Counted from the first letter of the stretch, positions 1 to 9,279 are shown. The stretch: DNA of 64,000 bases from Myxococcales bacterium (GCA_016703425.1 JADJCA010000011.1:58050-122049), one strand, 5' to 3'. Notes: generated by a model not told the origin, from the sequence alone. Made by a program: numbers and translations.

Positions 1-11
1 GCATCTCGATC

Positions 12-359
12 GTGGCGGACCCCAACTATGACGCGAGGCGCTGCCTCTACGCGCCACCGCCGGGCGGCCGAGCCGAAGTCGTCATCACCTTCAAGAACGT
101 GAAGTTCGGCGACGTGCTCCACGGCCACCACGGGCTCTACGTCGAGGCGGAGCACACGCCCGACGGCGCTCCCGTCACGCTCAACTTCAAGGCCGGAGAG
201 CGCCACGTCGGCAAGCTCATCCACCGTGACGGAGAAGGCTGGAAGGGCTTCGATCTGCCGACCAGCGAGCTGAAAGGTCAAGAGGGCGATCTGACCGCCG
301 AAGTGAGCGCGCCGAACGGCAACCGACGGATGTACTGCTTTGAAGGGATCACGCGATGA
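12..359 (+). CDS. hypothetical protein, probably 5'-partial (frame open to window start)
   Basis: GTG at 12 but no in-frame stop upstream to position 1. High GC3. Stop overlaps the next gene's ATG (ATGA at 356-359), suggesting an operon. No recognisable motifs. Confidence 0.4.
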   Translation: MADPNYDARRCLYAPPPGGRAEVVITFKNVKFGDVLHGHHGLYVEAEHTPDGAPVTLNFKAGERHVGKLIHRDGEGWKGFDLPTSELKGQEGDLTAEVSAPNGNRRMYCFEGITR

Positions 360-2215
360 GCGACGATCCGAAAGACGCGGCGTCTGTGGACGAGCCGAAG
401 AGCGAACAGACGGAGGGCGCCGCACCCGAGGCTGCGACCTCGGGCTCCGAAGAAGCCCCAGTCACCGCGACCTCGACCTCGACCTCGACCTCGACCTCGA
501 CCTCGACCTCGACCTCGACCTCGACCTCCGCCTCCTCGTGGTGGGTTCTCCCGCCCGCCATCGGTTGGCGCGATCACGTCATCGGGGCGACTTTCGCCGT
601 CGTGCTCGTGGCGTGGCTCTTGTCGACGGCGCGGGGTCTCGGGTTTGCGCGTGACGAGGGGTTCTACTTCTACTCGGCGTCGAGTTACGCGGGCTGGTTC
701 GAGGAGCTCTTCAAGAACGGCAAGAGCGCCATGGAGCAGGGCGTCGTCGATCGGTATTGGTCGGCGAACCACGAACACCCGTCGCTCATGAAGAGCCTCT
801 TCGCGCTCTCGTGGATGTTCCTCCACAAGAAGCACGCGATCTTCGCCGACGCGAGCACGGCCTTTCGCTTCCCGGGCATGGCCATGGCGGGCTTCGCTTT
901 GTGGATCACCTACATCTTCGGCGCGCGGCTGTTCTCACGGCCCGCCGGTGCCGTCGCGGCGGCGCTCTTGGCGCTGATGCCCCACCTCTTCTACAACGCG
1001 CACCTCGCGTGTTTCGACGTGCCCATCGTCACGATGTGGCTGCTCTCCGTCTACGTGTTCTATCGGAGCAGCCAGACGGGAACGTTCGCCTGGGCCATCG
1101 CCGCCGGCGTCGTCTACGGGCTCACCCTCGAGACGAAGCACAACGCATGGATCTTGCCGGCGGTCTTCGTGCCGCACGTGCTCTTCACCTACGCGCGCGG
1201 CTTTATGGGCGGCCCAAAGCCCGCCGCGAAGGTGCCCTGGAACCTCATCGCGATGGCCACCGTGGGGCCGCTGGTCTTTCGCGCGCTCTGGCCGTGGATC
1301 TGGTTCGACACGGAGGCGCGCGTCACCGAGTACGTGAACTTCCACGTCAACCACGAGTATTACAACATCGAGTTTTTGGGCCGGAACTACTTCGGACCGC
1401 CGTCGCCGCCGCTCTACGCGCCGCTGCTCATCTTGGCGTCGGTGCCCACCGTCACGATCCTCCTCTTCCTCTTGGGCGCCGCCGACCGCACGAGAGACAG
1501 CATCACCGCGCTCAAGGCCTTCTTTGCGTCGAAGGAAGGCCGCAAGGACGCGGGACCGCACGACGCGGCCGCCGACCTCCTGCTCGCGCTCGCGTTCTCC
1601 GCGCCGCTCGCCGTGTTCTTCCTGCCCAAGACCCCGATCTTCGGCGGCACCAAGCACTGGATGCCGGCCTACCCATTCCTCGCGCTCTTCGCGGGCCGGG
1701 GCTTCGCCCTCGCTTGTGGCGCCGTCCGCCAGCTCATGGCCGAGAGGCCTCGGTGGGAGCCCCACGCCAAGGTCGCGCCGTGGGCGCTCGCCCTCGCGGC
1801 CATCTCGGGTCCATTCTTCATCACGCGCCACTCGCATCCCTTCGGCCTGTCGACGTACGTGCCCCTCGTCGGTGGCACGGCGGGCGGGGCTGACCTGGGC
1901 CTCAATCGCCAGTTTTGGGGCTACACGACGGAGAGCTTGGGGCCGTGGCTCCAAGCCAACGCGCCGAAACACGCCGCCATCTTCATCCACGACACGGCGT
2001 GGCAATCCTGGGAGCGCCTCCTCGCCGAGAAGCGCCTGAGGCCCGATCTGCGCGGCGTTGGCAGCCCCACCGAGGCGCTCTTCTCGATCGTTCACCATGA
2101 GCTCCACATGAACGAGGTCGACTACTCGATCTGGGCAGCGTACGAGACCGTGAGCCCGGTCTACATCCTCGCCCACGACGGGGTCCCCATCATCAGCCTC
2201 TATCGGCGCAAGTAG
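356..2215 (+). CDS. GT-C family membrane glycosyltransferase (PMT/ArnT-like, dolichyl-phosphate-mannose-protein mannosyltransferase family)
   Basis: 619 aa with many predicted TM helices. N-terminal loop with a DEGFYFYSA-type acidic motif typical of GT39/GT83 enzymes. An N-terminal (Thr-Ser)10 linker is encoded by a hexanucleotide repeat. High GC3 throughout. Confidence 0.7.
   Translation: MSDDPKDAASVDEPKSEQTEGAAPEAATSGSEEAPVTATSTSTSTSTSTSTSTSTSTSASSWWVLPPAIGWRDHVIGATFAVVLVAWLLSTARGLGFARDEGFYFYSASSYAGWFEELFKNGKSAMEQGVVDRYWSANHEHPSLMKSLFALSWMFLHKKHAIFADASTAFRFPGMAMAGFALWITYIFGARLFSRPAGAVAAALLALMPHLFYNAHLACFDVPIVTMWLLSVYVFYRSSQTGTFAWAIAAGVVYGLTLETKHNAWILPAVFVPHVLFTYARGFMGGPKPAAKVPWNLIAMATVGPLVFRALWPWIWFDTEARVTEYVNFHVNHEYYNIEFLGRNYFGPPSPPLYAPLLILASVPTVTILLFLLGAADRTRDSITALKAFFASKEGRKDAGPHDAAADLLLALAFSAPLAVFFLPKTPIFGGTKHWMPAYPFLALFAGRGFALACGAVRQLMAERPRWEPHAKVAPWALALAAISGPFFITRHSHPFGLSTYVPLVGGTAGGADLGLNRQFWGYTTESLGPWLQANAPKHAAIFIHDTAWQSWERLLAEKRLRPDLRGVGSPTEALFSIVHHELHMNEVDYSIWAAYETVSPVYILAHDGVPIISLYRRK
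469..528 (+). repeat. perfect (GACCTC)10 hexanucleotide tandem repeat inside the glycosyltransferase CDS, encoding (TS)10
   Basis: Read directly: ten head-to-tail gacctc units. Flanking near-copies (gacctcgg upstream, cgcctcctcg downstream). Confidence 0.95.
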
Positions 2216-3118
2216 ATGCGCCGCCGCACCGCCGCACGGCTCGTTCTCTTTGGCGCTCTGACGGTCGCGACCGGTTGCGTGGCCCTCGGGCGAACGCCGC
2301 CGCCGCACCGGGGCGAGTCTTGGGCACAGGAACGAACCGACGAAGGGGCGCGCGCGCTCTTCGCGGAGGCCGGTGTCGAAGGTGCGTTCGTCGTGCTCGA
2401 CGAACGTCGCGCCGTGCGCACGGTCGTCAACGGCGAGGAGGCCGCAACGAGGCACGTGCCCGCGTCGACCTTCAAGATCGCCAGCACGCTCATCGGCCTC
2501 GAGACCGGCGTCATTGCCGGCGAACACTTTTCGCTGCCCTGGGACGGCCGCGAGCACGCCATCGCCGCGTGGAACGGAAACCACGATCTCAGAAGCGCCA
2601 TCCGGCACTCGGTCGTGTGGTTCTATCAAGAGGTGGCTCGGCGCGTCGGCGCGGCGCGCATGAGGCACTGGCTCAACGCCTTTGACTACGGCGACAAGAA
2701 CATGGGCGGCGCCGTCGATACGTTCTGGCTCGATGACACCCTTCACATCTCGCCGCGCGAACAGGTCGAGTTCCTACGCCGCCTCCACGCCCGCGAGCTT
2801 CCCGTCAAGGACGAGCACGCGGCCTTGACGGTGAAGCTCCTCGTCTCCGAAGAGTGGCCGACGCCCGACGGTCCGGCGAGCATTCGCGCAAAGACCGGCT
2901 GGTCCACCGAGGGCGACCGCGCCGTCCTTTGGCTCGTAGGCTTCGTCGAACGCGGCATGGATCGCTACACCTTCGCGACGCTGCTGCTCTGCCCGAAGGC
3001 CGCTGCCGACGAGAAGGCGGCGCTCAGGTGGTCTCTCTCGAAGCGCCTCTTGGTGCGCGCCGGCGCGCTCCCCGTCTTGCCGAAGCGTGACGGATGCGAA
3101 CTTCCATGCGAGAAATAG
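2216..3118 (+). CDS. class D (OXA-type) beta-lactamase / BlaR1-sensor-like penicillin-binding lipoprotein
   Basis: All class D signature motifs present: STFK (S-x-x-K), YGD (YGN position), KTGWS (K-T-G) and FWL. Signal peptide with lipobox LTVATGC. Confidence 0.8.
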   Translation: MRRRTAARLVLFGALTVATGCVALGRTPPPHRGESWAQERTDEGARALFAEAGVEGAFVVLDERRAVRTVVNGEEAATRHVPASTFKIASTLIGLETGVIAGEHFSLPWDGREHAIAAWNGNHDLRSAIRHSVVWFYQEVARRVGAARMRHWLNAFDYGDKNMGGAVDTFWLDDTLHISPREQVEFLRRLHARELPVKDEHAALTVKLLVSEEWPTPDGPASIRAKTGWSTEGDRAVLWLVGFVERGMDRYTFATLLLCPKAAADEKAALRWSLSKRLLVRAGALPVLPKRDGCELPCEK

Positions 3119-3930
3119 CCACCGTGCGAATCATCCCGAGCCTCGCCGCCGCGTCTGCCCTCTCGCTGTCCGCAGGGCTTGCGTCCGCGGCGCCGCCGTT
3201 GGTCGAACGGCGGCAGACCGTTCCCGCCAAGGAGGTCGACGTCGACGCGGCCCTCGGCGTCGCGCGTTTCGACTTGGGCCCTGGCACGAGCGGCACCGGA
3301 GCCGGCGGCAACTTCGACATCGGCATCGGCCTGAAGCAACACCTCGAGCTCGGCGTGTCGCTCGGCATGCGCTTCGGCACCGATGGGAAATTTTCCTCCG
3401 CCGACAACTACGCGAAGCTCGCCGACTACCGCACGTTCGGCGCCGACGGCAACGCGACCTTCACGCCGGAGGTCCGCCTGAAGAGCCAGGTCGTCGACCT
3501 CTCCGCCTTTGAGTTCTCCCTCGAACTGCGCGGGGGCTTGTCGGTCGGCGACAGCCCGCCGCAAGCGCTCGGCGAGGGGACCACCCGTCCGTCACTTCGA
3601 GGCGGCGCGCCCATCGCCCTCCACGTCGGCTCCATCCTGCGCCTCGACTCGGGCGTCTTCGCGCGCGTCGTCTTCGCGAACCAAGTGCGCACCGGCGTCC
3701 TCTTGCCGGCCGAGCTTTGGATCCAACCGACGAGCAAGTTCTGGGTGGGGCCTCGCACCGGCCTCTTAATCTCGAGCCCCGGCGGCGGCACCGACGTGCA
3801 GGCGGGCCTCGGCGTGGGCTACCAGGTGACGAGCGCCATCGACCTCAAGGCGGGCTTCCTCTTGCCCGCCGTCGACAAAACGACCGAGAACTGGGGCGTC
3901 GGCGTCGGCGCTCAATTCCGCGTGGAGTGA
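3106..3930 (+). CDS. hypothetical secreted protein
   Basis: Signal peptide (IPSLAAASALSLSAGLASA) and high GC3. Start could be ATG 3094, ATG 3106 or GTG 3124. 3094 would overlap the upstream gene. Confidence 0.45.
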   Translation: MREIATVRIIPSLAAASALSLSAGLASAAPPLVERRQTVPAKEVDVDAALGVARFDLGPGTSGTGAGGNFDIGIGLKQHLELGVSLGMRFGTDGKFSSADNYAKLADYRTFGADGNATFTPEVRLKSQVVDLSAFEFSLELRGGLSVGDSPPQALGEGTTRPSLRGGAPIALHVGSILRLDSGVFARVVFANQVRTGVLLPAELWIQPTSKFWVGPRTGLLISSPGGGTDVQAGLGVGYQVTSAIDLKAGFLLPAVDKTTENWGVGVGAQFRVE

Positions 3931-3976
3931 GCGGGCCGCCGGGCGCCCCGTCGGTGATCGAGGTCGCGGTGCCCGT

Positions 3977-5464
3977 CTACCCCTCGAGGCGTTGCTCGAG
4001 CGCCTGAACGATGGTCTTCAAGATCTTGATTCGGGCGAAGTACTTGTCGTTCGCCTCCACCACGGTCCAGGGCGACGAAGCCGTGCTCGTTCGATCGATC
4101 ATGTCGCAGACGGCGACCTCGTAGTCGTCCCAGCGCTTGCGGTTGCGCCAATCCTCCGCGGTAATCTTGTGCCGCTTGAAGGCCGTGCGTTCGCGGGCCT
4201 TGAAGCGCCTCTGTTGTTCGTCCTTGCCGATGGCGAGCCAAAATTTGGCGACCACCATGCCGTGGCGCACAAGATCTGACTCGAAATCGTTGATCTCCGA
4301 ATAGGCTCGCATCCAATCGGCTTCGGCGCAGAAGCCTTCGACGCGCTCCACAAGGACGCGGCCGTACCAAGAGCGGTCGAAGATCACGAAACGCCGCCGG
4401 CGCGGCATGTGACGCCAGAAGCGCCACAAGTAGGGCTGCGCCCGCTCTTCCTCTGTGGGCGCCGCCACCGGCACCGTCGAGTAGAGGCGCGCGTCGAGGG
4501 CGCCCGTGACGCGACGAATGGCCCCGCCTTTCCCGGCTGCGTCGTTGCCTTCGAAGACGAGGACGACGCTCGTCTCCTTGAAGCGCTTGTGACGCGTCAA
4601 GAGCGCGAGCTTGCCTTGCCACTGGGAGAGCTCGTTTTCGTACTTCTTCTTGGAAACGGCTCGCGTGAGGTCGAGGGCGCGAATGACGTTCAGGTGATCG
4701 ACCGGCGGCACCAGCGGAGGGTTGCGGTCGGGGAGGCGCTTGACGGGCTTCTCGTCGAGGCGCTCGCGAAGCGCGGCGAGCAACGTCTTGCCGACCATGA
4801 GCGAGCGGTAACGGGCGTCGGCGCCCGCGACCACGATCCACGGGCACTCGCCGGTGCTCGTGTGCCGCGTGAAGTTCTCGGCGACACGCGCGAAGCGATC
4901 GTAGCGACGGAAGTACTTCCAGTCGGTCTCCGTGACGCGCCAGCGCGTCTCGGGATCTTTCGCGAGCGTCGTCAGGCGTTTTCGTTGCTGCTCCTTGGTC
5001 AGATGAAACCAAAACTTGAGAAGCAGCGTGCCTTCGTCGCTGAGCATGCGCTCGAAGCGGAGGATCTCAGCGATGCGCTGGTCGATGTCGGCGCGGCCGA
5101 TGCGTCCCATGACGCGATCGACGATGGGCGCCGAGTGCCACGCTCCGAAGTGGATGCCCACGCGTCCCTTCGGTGGCAACGTGCGCCAATAGCGCCACAT
5201 GACGGGACGCTCCGCCTCTTCGTCGGAAGGCTCGGAGAAGGCCGTCGTCGAGAGCAGCCGCGGATCCATCCACTCGTTGAGCAAGTTCACCGTCTCGCTC
5301 TTGCCGGCGCCTTCGACGCCGCCGATGACGATGAGCAGAGGGAAGCGTGCTGCATCGGCGAGATCGTATTGAGCTTGGAGGAGCGCCGCGCGGAGCTTGG
5401 GCGCTTCCTTTTCAAAGGTCGCCTTGTCGACGGAGTGCTCGAGGTTGGCTGAGTTGAACATCAA
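3977..5464 (-). CDS. ppk2: two-domain polyphosphate kinase 2 (polyphosphate:AMP phosphotransferase-type PPK2)
   Basis: 495 aa with two tandem PPK2 domains, each with a Walker A-like P-loop (GVEGAGKSE and GNDAAGKGG) and PPK2 lid motifs (WYxR). Confidence 0.85.
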   Translation of the reverse strand: MMFNSANLEHSVDKATFEKEAPKLRAALLQAQYDLADAARFPLLIVIGGVEGAGKSETVNLLNEWMDPRLLSTTAFSEPSDEEAERPVMWRYWRTLPPKGRVGIHFGAWHSAPIVDRVMGRIGRADIDQRIAEILRFERMLSDEGTLLLKFWFHLTKEQQRKRLTTLAKDPETRWRVTETDWKYFRRYDRFARVAENFTRHTSTGECPWIVVAGADARYRSLMVGKTLLAALRERLDEKPVKRLPDRNPPLVPPVDHLNVIRALDLTRAVSKKKYENELSQWQGKLALLTRHKRFKETSVVLVFEGNDAAGKGGAIRRVTGALDARLYSTVPVAAPTEEERAQPYLWRFWRHMPRRRRFVIFDRSWYGRVLVERVEGFCAEADWMRAYSEINDFESDLVRHGMVVAKFWLAIGKDEQQRRFKARERTAFKRHKITAEDWRNRKRWDDYEVAVCDMIDRTSTASSPWTVVEANDKYFARIKILKTIVQALEQRLEG

Positions 5465-5560
5465 GCCATGGTAGACCGTTCAGGCGGCGTGGCGTGGGCG
5501 CGCTCACGCCGCCCGCGATGAATCTTTTGCCGCAAACTGCGCGAAAAGTGCGCGGTAGCT

Positions 5561-6520
5561 TCACCAGCCGGTGCACACATGGCGCGACGCTGCGCTGGGC
5601 GCGTGGTTGTCGTCCATCAGCTGGTAGAGGGCGCCGCCTCGGTCGATGGCGATGGCCTCGTTCGTCACGTGACCGGGGACGTCGATGCGAGCGAGCTCGC
5701 CGCTCGCCTCGTCGACGACGTAGCTCTTCGAACCTCCGTGGACGTTCGTCGTGACGACGAGGGTCCGCTCGGCCGCTCCGCCAGCGGCGCCGAAGGCGCA
5801 GTCCGAGAGCGCCTTGTCGGGAAGCGCGAGGGCGAGCGCCGGCTTCAGCGGATCGATGCGCAGGTGGCCACCTTCCTCGACGACGCAGTGGAGCGCACCG
5901 TCTGTCTTGCTCGCCGCGTAGCCGGCGCAACGCGCGGTGATGGACTCGGCGCGGAGGCAGAGGCCTTCCCAATTCTTGCCGCAGTTCGCGTCGTTGAGTC
6001 GCGGGCACGAGTGGGGCGGTGGTCCGATCACGTACGGAGCCCCCGTCGCCACGAGCGCCTCGCCGTGGAAGGCGAAGCGGCGTACGACGCCGGACGACGT
6101 GAGCGTGTAGAGCGCGCCGCCACGCGCAGCCACGCCTTCAACGTCGTCGCTTCGAAGGTCCCCGAGGGGCAGCTTGCCCGCCTCGAGCTTCCGCTCGTCG
6201 GCGACTCCCGAGAGCGGCACACGCAGCAGAGCTCCGTCATTGCCCGAATCGGAGACGACGAAGAGCACCTCGGCGTCCCGAGCACCTGCAGGCAGCAGCG
6301 CCGCGCCCGAGGCTTCGGCGATGGGCAGCTCTCGCGGGAAGGCGCCGTCGGCCTGGCACCGCACCTTGGCAATGACCTCGGCGGCGACGGCTGGAAGGGG
6401 CACTGCGACCGAAGGCTGCCGACGCGAAGGCGCGCCGTCGCAGCAGCACCCGACGCCGACGAAGAGGAGCACCGGAAGAAGGAACGAGCACCGGGCGGAC
6501 GGGCCTGTCTTCGGTACCAT
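5561..6520 (-). CDS. hypothetical lipoprotein (beta-propeller-like secreted protein)
   Basis: Track ORF runs to 6928, but the first 136 aa are low-GC3 junk. I trimmed to the ATG at 6520, giving MVPKTGPSARCSFLLPVLLFVGVGC (signal peptide plus lipobox). Confidence 0.5.
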   Translation of the reverse strand: MVPKTGPSARCSFLLPVLLFVGVGCCCDGAPSRRQPSVAVPLPAVAAEVIAKVRCQADGAFPRELPIAEASGAALLPAGARDAEVLFVVSDSGNDGALLRVPLSGVADERKLEAGKLPLGDLRSDDVEGVAARGGALYTLTSSGVVRRFAFHGEALVATGAPYVIGPPPHSCPRLNDANCGKNWEGLCLRAESITARCAGYAASKTDGALHCVVEEGGHLRIDPLKPALALALPDKALSDCAFGAAGGAAERTLVVTTNVHGGSKSYVVDEASGELARIDVPGHVTNEAIAIDRGGALYQLMDDNHAPSAASRHVCTGW

Positions 6521-6887
6521 CGCGGGGTGCGCCAAAGTACGACAGGCCTCGCCGGTGGGCACGCGCGATCTTGCTTCGAGCCGCGGCGCTTCCGGCGGCC
6601 GGCGCGAGCCGCAGACCCCGCCGCCTTCTTCCTCCTTCGGTCGCCACCCTCGTTGCCGACAATTCGACCGTAGGCGTCGTGGAGCGCTCTTCGGCTCGAA
6701 CCAATGCTTGTGCAGCTTGTGGTCCTCAGATAGAAACGAGGCTCCCGTCGGACCAAGTCGCTCGTCTCCTCCCCTCACGTGGAGAGCGGGCCACGCACGA
6801 CGAGACGTTTGAAACGAACACTCGGCGGCGGGAGTCGCGCGAGGATAGGCCGGCGGGGCGAGGAGACCGCGCGGCGGAGGCTCGAAG

Positions 6888-7367
6888 ATGGTCAACCCCC
6901 AGATGGTGATGTACGAGGAGGAGTTCAATCAGATCCAGGCGGTCGTCGACCGACTGGTTCGCGACGCGAACGCCAAGGTCGTCTTCATCGTCGACAAGAA
7001 TGGGCAACTCATCGCTGCTGGCGGTGACATCGATCACGTGGACACCACGAGCCTCGCGTCACTGACGGCAGGCAACGTGGCGGCAACGGGAGGCATGGCG
7101 AAGCTCCTGAAGGAGAACGAGTTCGCCACCCAGTTCCACGAGGGCGAGAAGGCCAACATCCACATCCAGCTCGTCGGCAACCGGGTCATCCTCGTCGTCA
7201 TCTTCGACTCCCGCTCGAGCTTGGGCCTGGTCCGGCTCCGCGTGAAGAAGTCCAGCGAGGAGCTCAACCGAATCTTCGAGGAGCTGCTCAAGAAGGCCCA
7301 AGAACCCGCCGATTCTCCCTTCGCGGAGATCAGCGACGAGGACATCGACAACCTCTTCAGCGACTGA
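6888..7367 (+). CDS. mglB: MglB, Roadblock/LC7-domain GTPase-activating protein of MglA
   Basis: 159 aa Roadblock/LC7 fold sequence with an acidic C-terminal tail, immediately upstream of mglA. GGAGG RBS 7 nt upstream of the ATG. Confidence 0.9.
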   Translation: MVNPQMVMYEEEFNQIQAVVDRLVRDANAKVVFIVDKNGQLIAAGGDIDHVDTTSLASLTAGNVAATGGMAKLLKENEFATQFHEGEKANIHIQLVGNRVILVVIFDSRSSLGLVRLRVKKSSEELNRIFEELLKKAQEPADSPFAEISDEDIDNLFSD

Positions 7368-7483
7368 TCCAAGCCCGCCGGTTCGGCCTCCACCGCGAAA
7401 GCGAGGAGGCTTAGTGGGCCGGTGCGCTGGGCAAGCTTTTTGGAGGTCCAGGCGGGAGCCGGTTAGACTGGGGAACGAATGGA

Positions 7484-8077
7484 ATGAGTTTCATCAACTA
7501 CATGGCCAGGGAGATCAACTGCAAGTTGGTCTACTACGGGCCCGGTCTTTGCGGAAAGACCACCAATCTCCAGTACATCTACGAACGCACCAATCCGGAT
7601 GCGAAGGGGAAGATGATCAGCCTCGCGACGGAAACGGAGCGAACGCTGTTCTTCGACTTCCTGCCGCTGTCGCTCGGTGAAATCCGCGGGTTCAAGACGC
7701 GCTTTCACCTCTACACGGTGCCCGGGCAAGTCTTCTACGACGCCTCGCGGAAGCTGATCCTGAAGGGCGTCGACGGCGTCGTCTTCGTCGCCGACTCCCA
7801 AGTCGAGCGCACCGAGGCAAACCTCGAGTCGGTCGAGAACTTGCGCACGAACCTCGCGGAGCAGGGCTACTCGCTCGACAAGATTCCGTACTGCGTGCAG
7901 TACAACAAGCGCGACCTCCCGAACGCCGTGACCGTCGAAGAGCTCCGCCAGATGCTGAACACGACCAACGTGCCCGACTTCGAGGCCGTTGCGCGCACCG
8001 GCGTAGGCGTCTTCGACACGCTCAAGGCCATCGCGAAGCTCGTCCTCACGGAGCTCAAAAAGGGCGGCGGCGGCTGA
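7484..8077 (+). CDS. mglA: MglA, Ras-like small GTPase controlling motility polarity
   Basis: 197 aa, near-identical over long stretches to M. xanthus MglA from memory ([97 protein letters not shown]). Confidence 0.97.
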   Translation: MSFINYMAREINCKLVYYGPGLCGKTTNLQYIYERTNPDAKGKMISLATETERTLFFDFLPLSLGEIRGFKTRFHLYTVPGQVFYDASRKLILKGVDGVVFVADSQVERTEANLESVENLRTNLAEQGYSLDKIPYCVQYNKRDLPNAVTVEELRQMLNTTNVPDFEAVARTGVGVFDTLKAIAKLVLTELKKGGGG

Positions 8078-8112
8078 GGCTGCTTGCGATAGGGCTTCGA
8101 AGCCAAAACGAC

Positions 8113-8150
8113 GAAGAGCCGGCTCCGCGAGGGACCGGCTCTTTTCGTTT
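8113..8150 (+). terminator. rho-independent terminator after mglA (possibly bidirectional)
   Basis: gaagagccgg-(12 nt loop)-ccggctcttt stem followed by tttcgtttgtctg, 35 nt after the mglA stop. Confidence 0.55.
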
Positions 8151-8197
8151 GTCTGCTCGGCCCTCGACGTCGCGCGAGGAGCGCGGACTGGAGCGCT

Positions 8198-8320
8198 CTA
8201 GCTCTTCCAGGCGAACAGGCGCGCACGGCGAGCCTTGTTCTTCGCCTTCTCCTTGGCGCGGAAGCGCTTGGTCTTGGAGCGGTTCGTCTTCCGGGGCTTC
8301 TTCGAGAGCATGAGGAACAT
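8198..8320 (-). CDS. small highly basic protein (about 40 aa, MFLMLSKKPRKTNRSKTKRFRAKEKAKNKARRARLFAWKS), possibly ribosomal-protein-like
   Basis: Not in the track (<60 aa). GC3 about 37/39. GAAGGA RBS 7 nt upstream of ATG 8320 (alternative ATG 8311). Lys/Arg-rich, resembling C-terminal tails of small ribosomal proteins. Confidence 0.45.
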   Translation of the reverse strand: MFLMLSKKPRKTNRSKTKRFRAKEKAKNKARRARLFAWKS

Positions 8321-8456
8321 GGCGCGTCCTTCTGATTGCGGCTCCGAGGAGCGCGGTGCGTGGAGGTTACTCGAGCGGCCCCGGACGGGGCCCTAAAAAG
8401 CGGGGGCGAACTATTACCGGAGCCTCGCTTTTTGTGCAACTGTGGCCGCTCAATCG

Positions 8457-8819
8457 ATGAACGTCAGGCTCGTCCACGAGTTCCGCTTCGAATCCGCCCA
8501 CTACCTCCCCAAGGTTCCGCCGGGGCACAAGTGCATGCGGCTTCATGGCCATTCCTTCAAAGTTGAGCTGTCGGTCGACGGCCCCGTGAACCCGGAGACC
8601 GGCTGGTTTCTCGACTTTGGCGAGCTCTACAAGCTCTGGAGCCCGCTCCACGACGTGCTCGACCACAACTACTTGAACGACGTTCCCGGCCTGGAGAACC
8701 CGACGAGCGAGAACCTCGCCAAGTGGATTTGGGACAAGCTCTTGCCGAGTCTGCCGTCGCTCGCCCAGGTCACCGTCTTCGAGACGTGCGACGCGCGGTG
8801 CGAGTACCGCGGAGGCTGA
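8457..8819 (+). CDS. queD: 6-carboxy-5,6,7,8-tetrahydropterin synthase (QueD/PTPS family)
   Basis: CMRLHGHSF motif (C-x3-HGH zinc and catalytic site) and a 120-aa PTPS fold. GTG 8442 is an alternative start. Confidence 0.85.
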   Translation: MNVRLVHEFRFESAHYLPKVPPGHKCMRLHGHSFKVELSVDGPVNPETGWFLDFGELYKLWSPLHDVLDHNYLNDVPGLENPTSENLAKWIWDKLLPSLPSLAQVTVFETCDARCEYRGG

Positions 8820-8822
8820 GCC

Positions 8823-9119
8823 GTGGGAAAAACGCTGGTTTGTCGCTGCGAGGACGTGACGCTTCACGAGCTCGAAGAGGCCATCGCGCGCGGCCACGAC
8901 GATCTCGAGTCCCTCAAGCGCTACACGGGTTTCGGGACCGGCTGGTGCCAGGGCAAGTCCTGCGTCGCTCTGTGCGCTGGGCTCCTCGCAGCGCGCGGTG
9001 GCTCCGCTGGCCTGCCCATCACGCCGAGGCCGCCGTTCCATCCGGTGTGCCTCGCGGATCTCGCAGGCCTCGCAGCCGTGGCCGACGACGACGCCACCAA
9101 GGGTCGCGAGCCGGTTTAG
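8823..9119 (+). CDS. BFD-like (2Fe-2S)-binding domain protein
   Basis: CRCEDVT...GTGWCQGKSC cysteine pattern of bacterioferritin-associated ferredoxin-like domains. GGAGG RBS before the GTG. Confidence 0.7.
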   Translation: MGKTLVCRCEDVTLHELEEAIARGHDDLESLKRYTGFGTGWCQGKSCVALCAGLLAARGGSAGLPITPRPPFHPVCLADLAGLAAVADDDATKGREPV

Positions 9120-9279
9120 CCGCTCGCCCCCCCCCGGCTCGCTGGCCTGAACGGATCGTCAGCCCCGGGTACGTCAGTTCGTGGACGCGGGGTCCCAGAT
9201 TTCCATACGCTACGGGTTCTGCGGCAGTGGGCGCCGCGACAACCGTTCGCCGGCGGCGAAGAGGAAGAACCTAGGGGCG

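Noticed and set aside
469-528. CRISPR array
   Set aside because: The only tandem repeat in the window is the 6-nt coding microsatellite. There are no 24-40-nt repeats with spacers and no cas genes.
935-2746. 603-aa minus-strand ORF antisense to the glycosyltransferase and beta-lactamase genes
   Set aside because: Arg/Gly/Glu-rich translation with low third-position GC. It fully overlaps two well-supported plus-strand genes, as expected for a stop-codon-free antisense frame in GC-rich DNA.
5561-6928. N-terminal extensions of several track ORFs (5561-6928, 13917-15398, 25849-27903, 27624-28847, 35784-37064, 47258-48898, 51641-53509, 56719-58890 and others)
   Set aside because: The upstream portions have low GC3, Arg-rich junk translation and overlap neighbouring genes. 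Each was trimmed to the first start codon that gives a sensible N-terminus (signal peptide, RBS or ATGA coupling).
8377-8440. Possible preQ1 riboswitch in the queD 5' leader (GC hairpin ggcccc-ggac-ggggcc followed by ctaaaaag)
   Set aside because: The loop is only 4 nt and there is no pseudoknot-capable A-rich tail in the right register. The preQ1-I aptamer needs an 11-13-nt loop. I treat it as a plain hairpin.
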